DNA of 34,567 nt from Rhodospirillales bacterium. GTDB lineage: Bacteria > Pseudomonadota > Alphaproteobacteria > MPNO01 > UBA2964. Shown here piece by piece: positions 1 to 8,929 of this stretch; within the stretch, counting starts at the first letter, position 1, and the number at the start of each line of letters is the position of its first letter. The stretch is from assembly GCA_002727395.1 (NCBI GenBank), contig PBWY01000117.1:1-34567 (forward strand), given 5' to 3'. The notes beneath the pieces are model-generated. The model was not told the DNA's origin and ran no database searches. It worked only from the letters and a program-made list of their open reading frames with translations. Position numbers and translations under genes: made by a program.

Positions 1-1
1 A

Positions 2-1780
2 AGTCACGATCTGGAGAATGACCCTGATATTGTCTCTCTAATAGGCGCATCAGCGGCGCTAACAATTTCGGGTATTCCCTTTATGGGTCCGATAGGTGGG
101 GCTCGAGTTGGCTATATTAACGGTGATTATGTATTAAATCCTTTGCCTGATGATCTAACCAACTCAGATCTTGATATGGTTGTTGCGGGTACTCCTGACG
201 CTGTTCTGATGGTTGAGTCAGAAGCTAAGGAATTGTCAGAGGAAACCATGCTTGGGGCGGTAATGTTCGCCCAAAGTGAATTCCAGCCGGTTATTCAAAA
301 AATTATAGAACTAGCAGAGGAATGTGCAAAGGATCCTTGGGTGGTGTCCGACCCTGCTCCTGAAAAAACAGAATTAGCGATAAAAATCAGAGACTTAGCC
401 GAAGGTAATATCCGCGCGGCTTATTCAGAAACAGTTAAGCAGGCTCGTGTAGAGAAGATAGCAACGGCGAAAGCGGCTGCTATAGAGGCTCTTGATATTG
501 AAGAGGGAACAGAGAACCTTGTTAATGGGTTGCTAAAAGACCTAGAAAAAGACGTAGTACGTGGGAATATTCTTGATACTGGCAATAGAATAGATGGACG
601 TGACACCAAGACGGTTCGGCCCATTATTGCGGAAGTTGGAATTCTCCCGCGGTCCCATGGGAGCGCCCTCTTTACCCGCGGAGAAACACAAGCATTATGT
701 GTTGCTACTCTTGGTACAGGGCAGGATGAGCAGATTATTGATGCATTGGAAGGAGAGTATCGCGAAAACTTTATGCTTCATTATAATTTTCCACCTTATT
801 CTGTTGGGGAAGCTGGATTTTTGCGATCTCCCGGGCGCAGAGAAATTGGACATGGAAAGCTTGCTTGGCGAGCACTTCAGTCGGTACTTCCAAGTAAGGA
901 CGATTTTCCTTATACGATGAGGGGAGTTTCTGAAATAACAGAGTCAAATGGATCTTCTTCAATGGCGACAGTCTGTGGTACATCCTTATCCCTAATGGAT
1001 GCAGGTGTCCCAATCTCTCGTCCCGTTGCTGGAATTGCAATGGGTCTGATCAAAGAGGATCGAGGATTTGCCGTTCTTTCCGATATACTGGGCGATGAAG
1101 ATCATCTGGGAGATATGGATTTTAAAGTGGCGGGAACATCCGAGGGTGTAACTTCTCTCCAAATGGATATCAAAATTACTGGTATTACAGAGGAGATCAT
1201 GAAAACCGCTCTTGAACAGGCGTGTGAAGGTCGCCTCCATATTCTTGGAGAAATGGCGAAGGCACTAGATACGGCCCGATTAGATGTCAGCAATAACGCT
1301 CCGAGAATCACAACCTTGTCTGTTCCTAAAGACAAGATTCGTGATGTTATTGGCACTGGTGGAAAGGTAATCCGTGAAATCTGCGAGGTTACTGGAGCCA
1401 AGATCGATATTGATGATGACGGTGTCATTAAGGTGGCTGCTGTCTCAGCTGAGGCCGGTGATGCAGCTATTAACTGGATTAAGGGCATAGTCGCGGAGCC
1501 AGAAGTTGGGGTAATTTATGATGGGAAAGTTGTTAAGGTTGTGGATTTTGGGGCTTTCGTTAATTTTCTGGGTGCTAAGGATGGTTTAGTTCATATCAGT
1601 GAACTGGCTTCTCAGCGCGTTGGAAAAGTCACCGACATTGTTAACGAGGGAGATCAGGTTAAAGTTAAGGTTTTGGCGGTTGATAATCGCGGAAAAGTTA
1701 AACTTAGCATGAAAGTCGTTGATCAAGAAACTGGTGAAGAGATCAAGAATCAAAAGGAAGAAACTTCCGAACCCGAATAA
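2..1780 (+). CDS. pnp: Polyribonucleotide nucleotidyltransferase (PNPase), 5' end cut by window edge
   Basis: The frame is open from nt 2 ([38 protein letters not shown]...). It contains the second RNase PH domain, a KH domain ([23 protein letters not shown]) and an S1 domain ([28 protein letters not shown]). TAA stop at 1778-1780. Confidence 0.95.
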   Translation, partial: SHDLENDPDIVSLIGASAALTISGIPFMGPIGGARVGYINGDYVLNPLPDDLTNSDLDMVVAGTPDAVLMVESEAKELSEETMLGAVMFAQSEFQPVIQKIIELAEECAKDPWVVSDPAPEKTELAIKIRDLAEGNIRAAYSETVKQARVEKIATAKAAAIEALDIEEGTENLVNGLLKDLEKDVVRGNILDTGNRIDGRDTKTVRPIIAEVGILPRSHGSALFTRGETQALCVATLGTGQDEQIIDALEGEYRENFMLHYNFPPYSVGEAGFLRSPGRREIGHGKLAWRALQSVLPSKDDFPYTMRGVSEITESNGSSSMATVCGTSLSLMDAGVPISRPVAGIAMGLIKEDRGFAVLSDILGDEDHLGDMDFKVAGTSEGVTSLQMDIKITGITEEIMKTALEQACEGRLHILGEMAKALDTARLDVSNNAPRITTLSVPKDKIRDVIGTGGKVIREICEVTGAKIDIDDDGVIKVAAVSAEAGDAAINWIKGIVAEPEVGVIYDGKVVKVVDFGAFVNFLGAKDGLVHISELASQRVGKVTDIVNEGDQVKVKVLAVDNRGKVKLSMKVVDQETGEEIKNQKEETSEPE

Positions 1781-1953
1781 ATTTTTATTACTAGGGCTGG
1801 TCAATCCAAATAGGGTTCATATAAAGAGTATAGGGGTAACGGAAAGTTGGTTGTATCATGGAAGCAACATAACTTTTTTTGATGTCTGGTTGTTTTTCGC
1901 ATCAGCTTGAAATTAGGTGCGATTGGCTAAAAAGGTTAAGGGCTACGACTTCA

Positions 1954-2475
1954 ATGAGCATAAGCGATCGCAGTAGTTTTACATATGATGATTTGATTGA
2001 TTGTGGTCATGGGCGATTGTTCGGAGAAGGCAACGCGCAGTTGCCTTTGCCTCCAATGTTGATGTTTGATCGGATTACAAATATTACTAACGCAGGCGGT
2101 GAATTTGGAAAAGGTTCTGTCACCGCGGAGTTTGATGTTAAACCGGGTCTTTGGTTTTTTTCTTGTCATTTTGAGAATGATCCGGTTATGCCTGGCTGTT
2201 TAGGTTTGGATGCTTTATGGCAGTTAGTTGGTTTTCATCTTGGTTGGTTGGGGGCTCCGGGTCGGGGCCGGGCATTAGGTTTGGGTGGATTAAAGTTCAA
2301 TGGGCAGATCACGCCTGAATCTAAGCTTATAACCTATAATGTTGATATTAAACGAGTGTTGAGAAGAGGTTTTGCTATTAGCATTGCTAATGGAAATTTA
2401 GATGTTGATGGGCAAATAGTCTATGAGGCCCAAGATCTACGGGTGGGAGTGTTTACTTCCACCGATCAAATGTGA
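1954..2475 (+). CDS. fabA: 3-hydroxydecanoyl-ACP dehydratase/isomerase
   Basis: [33 protein letters not shown] and [27 protein letters not shown] are hallmark FabA segments. I moved the start to ATG 1954 because the 25 extra N-terminal residues in the ORF track have no FabA counterpart. The gene lies directly upstream of fabB. Confidence 0.9.
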   Translation: MSISDRSSFTYDDLIDCGHGRLFGEGNAQLPLPPMLMFDRITNITNAGGEFGKGSVTAEFDVKPGLWFFSCHFENDPVMPGCLGLDALWQLVGFHLGWLGAPGRGRALGLGGLKFNGQITPESKLITYNVDIKRVLRRGFAISIANGNLDVDGQIVYEAQDLRVGVFTSTDQM

Positions 2476-2482
2476 GGGATTT

Positions 2483-3709
2483 ATGAAACGAGTAGTGGTG
2501 ACGGGAATAGGAGTTGTTTCTAGTATTGGCAATGACAAATTGGAAGTAACGGAATCGCTCAAAAATGGTACATCCGGTATTTCATTTGCACCGGAATACG
2601 CGGAGCGGGGTTTTCGTAGTCACGTTCATGGAGCCCCAAAGATAGACTTGGATAAATTTATTGATAGGAAAAAACGCAGGTTTATGGGGGATGGTGCAGC
2701 ATATAATTATATAGCTATGGATCAGGCAATAGAGGATTCTGGTCTTCAAGTTGATGAAGTATCTAACGACCGTACAGGGTTAATTATGGGTTCGGGTGGG
2801 CCGTCTACAAAAAACCTACTTATTGCTTTTGATACGGCCCGTAATTCGAGCGCTAAAAAGGTGGGCCCTTTTATGGTGCCGAGGACTATGTCCAGCACTA
2901 ATTCGGCAACCTTGGCGACGGCCTTTAAAATAAAAGGTATCAATTATTCAATCAGTTCTGCTTGTGCTACCAGTGCGCATTGTATCGGAAATGCTGCTGA
3001 ATTAATCCAGCTCGGAAAGCAGGATATTGTATTTGCTGGTGGAGGTGAAGAGTTAGATTGGACGATGACGGTTCTATTTGATGCAATGCCTGCTCTTTCG
3101 GGCAGCTATAATAGTATTCCCACAAAAGCATCCCGACCATTTGATTCAGATAGAGATGGTTTTGTTATTGCTGGTGGTGGTGGGGTCCTTGTTCTTGAAG
3201 AATTGGAGCATGCTAGGTCACGAGGAGCTAAGATTTACGGCGAAGTTGCTGGATACGGTGCTACTTCAGATGGTTATGATATGGTGCAGCCCTCTGGCGA
3301 AGGTGCTGTGCGCTGTATGAATATGGCATTGGAAAACGTTGATAGACCAGTAGACTATATAAATACACATGGAACTTCTACACCGGTTGGTGATGTGAAA
3401 GAACTGGCTGCGTTGAGGGAGGTTTTTGGCAAACGAAACGCTATACCTGCTTTTAGTTCAACTAAATCCTTAACGGGGCATTCTCTTGGAGCGACAGGTG
3501 TTCATGAAGCGATTTATACATTGTTAATGATGGAACATAGTTTTATTTCAGCATCGGCCAATGTTGAAAATATGGATCCTGAGGTGGGGGATATGCCATT
3601 GGTAACGAAGCGCCGGGATAATGTGGAAATAGGATGCGCTTTATCCAATAGTTTTGGATTTGGAGGTACGAATGCCTCACTTACTTTTACATCACTGCGG
3701 GACGCATGA
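2483..3709 (+). CDS. fabB: Beta-ketoacyl-ACP synthase I
   Basis: [17 protein letters not shown] start, active-site Cys context [12 protein letters not shown], His motifs HGTSTPVGD and GHSLGATG, C-terminal [12 protein letters not shown]. The KAS I call (rather than KAS II) rests on its position right after fabA. Start taken at ATG 2483, not the ORF-track 2423, which overlaps fabA. Confidence 0.88.
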   Translation: MKRVVVTGIGVVSSIGNDKLEVTESLKNGTSGISFAPEYAERGFRSHVHGAPKIDLDKFIDRKKRRFMGDGAAYNYIAMDQAIEDSGLQVDEVSNDRTGLIMGSGGPSTKNLLIAFDTARNSSAKKVGPFMVPRTMSSTNSATLATAFKIKGINYSISSACATSAHCIGNAAELIQLGKQDIVFAGGGEELDWTMTVLFDAMPALSGSYNSIPTKASRPFDSDRDGFVIAGGGGVLVLEELEHARSRGAKIYGEVAGYGATSDGYDMVQPSGEGAVRCMNMALENVDRPVDYINTHGTSTPVGDVKELAALREVFGKRNAIPAFSSTKSLTGHSLGATGVHEAIYTLLMMEHSFISASANVENMDPEVGDMPLVTKRRDNVEIGCALSNSFGFGGTNASLTFTSLRDA

Positions 3710-3724
3710 TATAAAAAAAAGAAT

Positions 3725-4540
3725 ATGTCAAAATCGAAATTAATGAATGGCAAGCGAGGATTGGTTTTCGGTGTAGCGAACGATCATTCAATTGCTTGGG
3801 GTATAGCAAAGGCGGCGGCGGAAAATGGCGCAGATGTAGCTTTTACATACCAAGGAGAGGGGTTTGCCAAGCGTGTTGTTCCCCTCGCTAAGTCTTTGGA
3901 CTCTAAAATTATCTTATCTTGTGATGTTGGCGACGATGTTAGTATCGATTCGGCTTTCAACGAGATCAAGGAAGTATGGGGTAATCTTGATTTTTTGGTT
4001 CATTCGGTAGCCTATTCGGATAAAGACGAATTAACGGGAAAATACCTGGACACAAGCCGTGATAACTTCAATAAAACCCTCGATATTTCATGTTTTTCAT
4101 TTACTACGTTGGCCAATAAAGCTGCTAAATTAATGCATAATGGTGGCAGTCTTATCACGTTAACTTATTCTGGGTCAGAGCGTGTTATGCCTAATTATAA
4201 TGTTATGGGAGTAGCAAAAGCTGCGCTCGAAGCTAGTGTAAAGTATTTAGCGGTAGATTTGGGCCCTGCTAATATTCGTGTAAATGCGATTTCTGCTGGT
4301 CCCATGCGAACGCTAGCTGGCAGCGCCGTTGGTGGTGCGCGACAAGTTTATAAGTGGAACGAAGAATACTCACCTTTGCGTAAAAACATTCAGCTGGACG
4401 ATGTAGGTGGTGCAGGACTTTATCTTTTATCAGATTTGTCATCTGGGGTTACAGGAGAAGTCGTTCACGTTGATTCTGGATATAATGTCGTTGGCGTCCC
4501 TGATTTGCTTCGTCATCGGGAAACGAGTATTAAGGATTAA
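3725..4540 (+). CDS. fabI: Enoyl-ACP reductase (NADH), SDR family
   Basis: GKRGLVFGVANDHSIAWGIAKA nucleotide-binding start, YNVMGVAKAALEASVKYLA (Tyr/Lys catalytic segment), ISAGPMRTLA. Third gene of a fabA-fabB-fabI block. Confidence 0.9.
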   Translation: MSKSKLMNGKRGLVFGVANDHSIAWGIAKAAAENGADVAFTYQGEGFAKRVVPLAKSLDSKIILSCDVGDDVSIDSAFNEIKEVWGNLDFLVHSVAYSDKDELTGKYLDTSRDNFNKTLDISCFSFTTLANKAAKLMHNGGSLITLTYSGSERVMPNYNVMGVAKAALEASVKYLAVDLGPANIRVNAISAGPMRTLAGSAVGGARQVYKWNEEYSPLRKNIQLDDVGGAGLYLLSDLSSGVTGEVVHVDSGYNVVGVPDLLRHRETSIKD

Positions 4541-4662
4541 ATTAAGTTTTTCAAAATTTTTTTTACTTTATAGTGCTTCAAATTTGTAAATTAATTCTTA
4601 CATTAACACCATAGGTCTGTGATAAAATAAACATTTACTAGCGAAGGGAAGAGGAGAACACG

Positions 4663-5082
4663 ATGCCATCGTTAAAAGGAACTAAAACTGAAGATAATTT
4701 AAAAGCGGCGTTTGCAGGGGAATCCCAAGCCAACCGGAGATATTTGTATTTTGCTCAAAAAGCTGATGTGGAGGGCTATAACAATGTAGCAGCCGTTTTT
4801 CGTTCAACTGCGGAAGGTGAAACTGGACATGCACATGGCCACTTAGAATATCTGGAAGAAACCGGTGATCCTGCGACCGGTGAGCCTATAGGAACGACTG
4901 CAGACAATCTCAAGGCCGCGGTTGCTGGTGAGACGCATGAATACACCGATATGTATCCCGGTATGGCCCGAGAAGCACGTGATGAAGGCTTTGATGAGAT
5001 AGCAAGTTGGTTTGAGACTTTAGCTAAGGCTGAAAAATCTCACGCTGGTCGCTTCCAGAAGGCGTTTGATGAGCTCGACTAA
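4663..5082 (+). CDS. Rubrerythrin-family diiron protein lacking the rubredoxin domain (no Cys at all)
   Basis: TEDNLKAAFAGESQANRRYLYFA, EGETGHAHGH, AGETHEYTDMYP and KAEKSHAGRF give the duplicated E...ExxH ferritin-like ligand pattern. Length 139 aa with zero cysteines. AGGAG RBS 7-8 nt upstream. Confidence 0.85.
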   Translation: MPSLKGTKTEDNLKAAFAGESQANRRYLYFAQKADVEGYNNVAAVFRSTAEGETGHAHGHLEYLEETGDPATGEPIGTTADNLKAAVAGETHEYTDMYPGMAREARDEGFDEIASWFETLAKAEKSHAGRFQKAFDELD

Positions 5083-5209
5083 AATCTAATACTTTATGTG
5101 GGGTTTATAATTACTCCACATATCTATTTGTAATTGTTTCGATAGCTATTCTAGAAATTGTGATTCTAGACACTCTCGGGCTATGCTATTTGATAAGGAA
5201 TAACAAAGG

Positions 5210-6556
5210 ATGTCTGAAGGAAGTTTAGAGGCACCAATACGTCATCCGATCGATTGGAATAATCCCGATTTTTATGATGGCGAGAAGTTAGATAAAGAAT
5301 TGAGACGTGTATTTGACATCTGCCATGGATGCCGACGTTGTTTTAATCTCTGTGATACTTTTCCTAAGCTTTTTGATCTAATCGATGATTCGGAGACGGG
5401 TGAACTGGACTCAGTTGCAAGCGAGGATTTTAAACCAGCCATCGATGCTTGTACTCTATGTGATATGTGTTTTATGACAAAATGTCCCTATGTGCCACCA
5501 CATGAATTTAACTTAGATTTTCCTCACCTTATGCTTCGTTATAGAGCAATAGAGCATCGTAACGGCCAAATTCCTTTTGCAACGAAGCAAATTACTGAAA
5601 CTGACCGGAATGGCAAAATGGCCCGACCTGTTGCCGGGTTAGTGAATTGGGGAACCAAAACGGAAAATAAATTAACCCGACCAATATTGCAGGTTGTTTC
5701 TGGTATAAATAAAGAGGCGGATTTACCCAAATATCAATCAAAGACCATTTCTTCTCAAATTAAAACAGCTAAATCGAAAGTAAATAAGTCCGCACCAGCT
5801 TTTGGTCGAAAAGCTGTTTTATACGCAACTTGTTTTGTAAATTATAATAATTCAAAGATTGGACTGGCTGCTGAGAAAGTTCTTTCAATAAATGGTGTTG
5901 AGACTGAATTAATTTATCCTAATTGCTGTGGAATGCCGAAATTAGAGCACGGTGATATTGCCGCTGTAGCTAAAAATGCAAAAGAGGTGGCTACCGCACT
6001 ATTGCCTTGGATCGATAAGGGATATGATGTTATCGCTTTAATACCAAGTTGCGCGTTGATGTTAAAGTTTGAGTGGCCGCTTATTTTACCCAATGATGAA
6101 GACATCAAACGTTTGTCTGAAGCTACCAAGGATATTTCGGAGTACATAGTCGAGCTATCCAAGAATGAAGGCCTTGCAGATGGAATGGTTTCAACTCCAA
6201 GACCTGTAACTTTACATCTAGCCTGTCATGCTCGAGCTCAGAATATGGGCCCTAAAGCAGCAGAAATGCTTAAATTACTTCCAGATGCAGATATTAAGGT
6301 TATTGAACGGTGCTCGGGCCATGGCGGTTCTTGGGGGATGATGAAAAAAAACTTTGATGCCGCTCTAAAAATTGGTAAGCCTGTTGCGCGGACTGCTTTA
6401 GAACAAATTTCTAGTGAAGTTGTGTCAGAATGTCCCCTTGCTGGAGTACATATTAGGCAGGGAATAAAACAGCTGAAAGAAGAGGGCGATGAGGGGGATC
6501 TTCCAGATACAGTTCCTCACCCAATAGAGATTTTAGCAAAATCATACGGGTTTTAA
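5210..6556 (+). CDS. Fe-S oxidoreductase of the HdrD/GlpC type (2x 4Fe-4S ferredoxin motifs plus CCG cysteine-rich domains)
   Basis: CHGCRRCFNLCDTFP and CTLCDMCFMTKCPYVPP ferredoxin-type clusters at the N-terminus. The C-terminal half has YPNCCGMP and CSGHGGSWG (CCG-domain-like). Confidence 0.8.
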   Translation: MSEGSLEAPIRHPIDWNNPDFYDGEKLDKELRRVFDICHGCRRCFNLCDTFPKLFDLIDDSETGELDSVASEDFKPAIDACTLCDMCFMTKCPYVPPHEFNLDFPHLMLRYRAIEHRNGQIPFATKQITETDRNGKMARPVAGLVNWGTKTENKLTRPILQVVSGINKEADLPKYQSKTISSQIKTAKSKVNKSAPAFGRKAVLYATCFVNYNNSKIGLAAEKVLSINGVETELIYPNCCGMPKLEHGDIAAVAKNAKEVATALLPWIDKGYDVIALIPSCALMLKFEWPLILPNDEDIKRLSEATKDISEYIVELSKNEGLADGMVSTPRPVTLHLACHARAQNMGPKAAEMLKLLPDADIKVIERCSGHGGSWGMMKKNFDAALKIGKPVARTALEQISSEVVSECPLAGVHIRQGIKQLKEEGDEGDLPDTVPHPIEILAKSYGF

Positions 6557-6568
6557 AGGGTTCATACC

Positions 6569-7153
6569 ATGCAGCGAGAAATCTTATACCAAGATATAAT
6601 GACGATGTCTCACTATGCCTCTATCAGGAGAGAACATGCTAAAAAATTAGCAGACGAGAAAAAAAATCGGCGTATTGAGGTTGGTCCTGCTTGCACATTT
6701 TATTTTGAAAGCTACAACACAATGTGGTTCCAAGTTCATGAGATGCTTTATATTGAAAAAGGTGGCGTTGATCAAATTGAAGGTGAATTAAGAGCTTATA
6801 ACCCTCTTATCCCCAATGGACATGAATTAGTGGCAACCGTAATGATTGAGGTTGGTGACCCTGATCGGCGCTCCGCGCTACTTTCAAAGTTAGGCGGGTT
6901 TGAGGAAACTATTACTTTGTCTGTAGGTGATTCTGTTATAAGAGGGGTGGCCGAAGAGGATCTTGATAGGACGACGGTAGATGGTAAGGCATCATCTGTA
7001 CAATTTCTCCGCTTTCCTTTTACCGGAGCTCAAATATCAGATTTCAAGAATCCAGTTAATGATATAATTTTGTCTGTTGGTCATAAAAACTATCGCCACA
7101 TGGCCGGCGTGCCTTCTAATGTACGTTCAGCGCTAGCAGAGGATTTTGATTAA
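6569..7153 (+). CDS. DUF3501-family protein (recognised from memory; function unknown)
   Basis: 194 aa starting 12 nt after the Fe-S gene. The RRIEVGPACTFYFESYNTMWFQVHEMLYIEKG...AYNPLIPNGHELVATVMIE pattern matches what I recall of DUF3501, a family usually found next to rubrerythrin and Fe-S genes. Confidence 0.6.
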   Translation: MQREILYQDIMTMSHYASIRREHAKKLADEKKNRRIEVGPACTFYFESYNTMWFQVHEMLYIEKGGVDQIEGELRAYNPLIPNGHELVATVMIEVGDPDRRSALLSKLGGFEETITLSVGDSVIRGVAEEDLDRTTVDGKASSVQFLRFPFTGAQISDFKNPVNDIILSVGHKNYRHMAGVPSNVRSALAEDFD

Positions 7154-7232
7154 GGCCTGCTTATATATATTTTGGTCATATAACAGCCCGGTCTTAAGAA
7201 AGCTTGAGCCCTTTTAGCGTTGCACATTTTAA

Positions 7233-7724
7233 TCATTTATATTTCTCTGAAGGATAAACTCCCCAAAGTTGATTGTGTCGCATCCATCCGGTATATCTAG
7301 GAAATTGAATGCGGCACCAACTGATAGTGCATTTTTTTAACTTTCCAATAACTTTTTTTCCTATTTTAGCGATTATGCGACTGTCTGTTCGTCTGCTACG
7401 GCGTAATGTTTGTGATCCCTTCCTTATTATCACCCAACGCTGACCAGATAACAGAGTTTTTTTTATCCAACCTATGCTACCCTGCCACTCTCTGACTTTG
7501 CGCCAATCTTTGTATTCAGCAATAATTTCTACTGGCATATGCTTGTAAACCAAGATCCATTTGATCGGATATCTCTTTCCTGGACCATGTCTCAAATTAA
7601 CCTTCTCTGATTTCAGGGAAACAAATCGTGGCAAAGGCAAACCAGTCTGAGCCATTGCTTTTAATGTTGTTAAGGAGAAGATTAAGAAAATTGTTAAAAG
7701 TGAGCGGTAATTTAGATATTTCAT
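7233..7724 (-). CDS. Exported bacterial SH3-like domain protein (DUF1058-type)
   Basis: Signal peptide MKYLNYRSLLTIFLIFSLTTLKAMA. LPLPRFVSLKSEKVNLRHGPGKRYPIKWILVYKHMPVEIIAEYKDWRKVREWQGSIGWI is the typical alphaproteobacterial SH3b repeat, and a second repeat follows. Its ATG overlaps the upstream stop (ATGA). Confidence 0.65.
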   Translation of the reverse strand: MKYLNYRSLLTIFLIFSLTTLKAMAQTGLPLPRFVSLKSEKVNLRHGPGKRYPIKWILVYKHMPVEIIAEYKDWRKVREWQGSIGWIKKTLLSGQRWVIIRKGSQTLRRSRRTDSRIIAKIGKKVIGKLKKCTISWCRIQFPRYTGWMRHNQLWGVYPSEKYK

Positions 7725-8431
7725 GAGGTTTTTTGCAGCTTATATCCCATTTCATAATGTAAATAAATGCCATCAAAATGGAACCATCGCATTTTGGCAC
7801 TTTCCTTTACAAAGTATAAACACATATCTTGCTTTTCCCGGCTTCTACAATGTTTGACAATTAAGTCATAGGCTCTACCGCCATGTTCAACGTCTACCTC
7901 AGAATGGAGCCAAAAATGCTCTATCTCATGTTCTTTAAATTTATATATATTTCTTAGTGCGGGGAGTAATTTACTATATAACTTTGGAGACTGAGACTCT
8001 GTTCCGATTCTAAGCGCGGCCATGCCACAATACCAGGGGTTGTCACGTGCGGTATCTGTAAGAAATCTTACCCAAGACCGAGTTGTCGGCAACCCTTCAC
8101 TTTTTTTTATTTTTGTTGGGCTTCCCCCGTTTGCCCTTGCAAAATTTAGCATAATGTCTAAGTGCGAATGGTTCGGATTCATTTCTTCATGAAAATTGTC
8201 AATTTCGGCATGGATTACATCATTAGGTGCATCTTTGCAGATAAAAAATGTGGGTGTATTCATTTTGCTAACCCAGTGCCATTGTTCGGCTGCCCAGCCC
8301 ATCATGCATCTCTTGCTTAATTTACCCTGTGACCATTTTTCTGTCATTGGATGGTTGGCACAGTGGAATTCGTTAACCATGTCCTCTAATCTTTTTCGGA
8401 ATGTTCGAGACATCGCGGTTGTCCGTGTCAT
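7721..8431 (-). CDS. TenA/PqqC/CADD-like heme-oxygenase-fold protein, probable diiron enzyme
   Basis: HPMTEKWSQGKLSKRCMMGWAAEQWHW resembles the PqqC/CADD N-terminus. Motifs HEEMNPNHSH, GTESQSP and HSEVDVEHGG are present (see findings). No other pqq genes are nearby. Confidence 0.7.
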   Translation of the reverse strand: MTRTTAMSRTFRKRLEDMVNEFHCANHPMTEKWSQGKLSKRCMMGWAAEQWHWVSKMNTPTFFICKDAPNDVIHAEIDNFHEEMNPNHSHLDIMLNFARANGGSPTKIKKSEGLPTTRSWVRFLTDTARDNPWYCGMAALRIGTESQSPKLYSKLLPALRNIYKFKEHEIEHFWLHSEVDVEHGGRAYDLIVKHCRSREKQDMCLYFVKESAKMRWFHFDGIYLHYEMGYKLQKTS

Positions 8432-8488
8432 TTCTAAAAGGGTACCCTAAGGTTGGTTGCTACGGGGCGTCAAGTTTAGTTGCTAATC

Positions 8489-8929
8489 CTATATGAAAAT
8501 TATTTGTCCTCCATCTTTCTCTGCTTCAGATAAGAAAGTGCTTAGACCACCGGACTTTAATGGTAGATCGTCGCGAAACGCTTTCTTATTTAATCCTGCA
8601 ATAACGATTCCCATTTCACATCTATAAATCTTCACATTCAGCTCGACGCATGCTTTAAGTGTGGCGTCAATTGTACATATTCCATTTTTGTGATGTTCTT
8701 GATCTCTCTTTAATGCTGATTGGCCATTTTCCGAGTTTCCTAATAGAGACCAGCCGGGGACTCCCTCAAAATCATCTAAAATTAATTTGAGACCATTTCC
8801 GGTTAGAAAAAGACTCACAGGTCTATCGATTGCTGCTGCAGCACTTGCAATAGCTAAGCTATAATGTACACGATCATAGTCACCGGAGAAAAGAACTACA
8901 GATAAACGACGGCGGGAGGTTTCTTTCAT
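8489..8929 (-). CDS. DsrE/DsrF-like (COG2210-type) sulfur-relay family protein
   Basis: RRLSVVLFSGDYDRVHYSLAIASAAAAIDRPVSLFLTGNGLKL start and a C-terminal ...VKIYRCEMG...GGLSTFLSEAEKDGGQIIFI layout match DsrE-like proteins as I remember them. The start overlaps the E1-like gene stop (ATGA at 8926-8929). Confidence 0.55.
   Translation of the reverse strand: MKETSRRRLSVVLFSGDYDRVHYSLAIASAAAAIDRPVSLFLTGNGLKLILDDFEGVPGWSLLGNSENGQSALKRDQEHHKNGICTIDATLKACVELNVKIYRCEMGIVIAGLNKKAFRDDLPLKSGGLSTFLSEAEKDGGQIIFI

Noticed and set aside
1879-1953. N-terminal extensions given by the ORF track for fabA (1879), fabB (2423), the DMT gene (26897), the flavodoxin-like gene (29587), regB (GTG 31755) and regA (33022).
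   Set aside because: The extensions overlap upstream genes or add residues with no counterpart in the families. Internal ATGs (1954, 2483, 26939, 29629, 31794, 33082) give canonical N-termini, several of them with a visible Shine-Dalgarno sequence.
7154-7232. Terminator between the convergent DUF3501 and SH3 genes.
   Set aside because: There are only short restriction-site-like palindromes (TCTTAAGA, AAGCTT). There is no GC-rich stem followed by a T-run on either strand.
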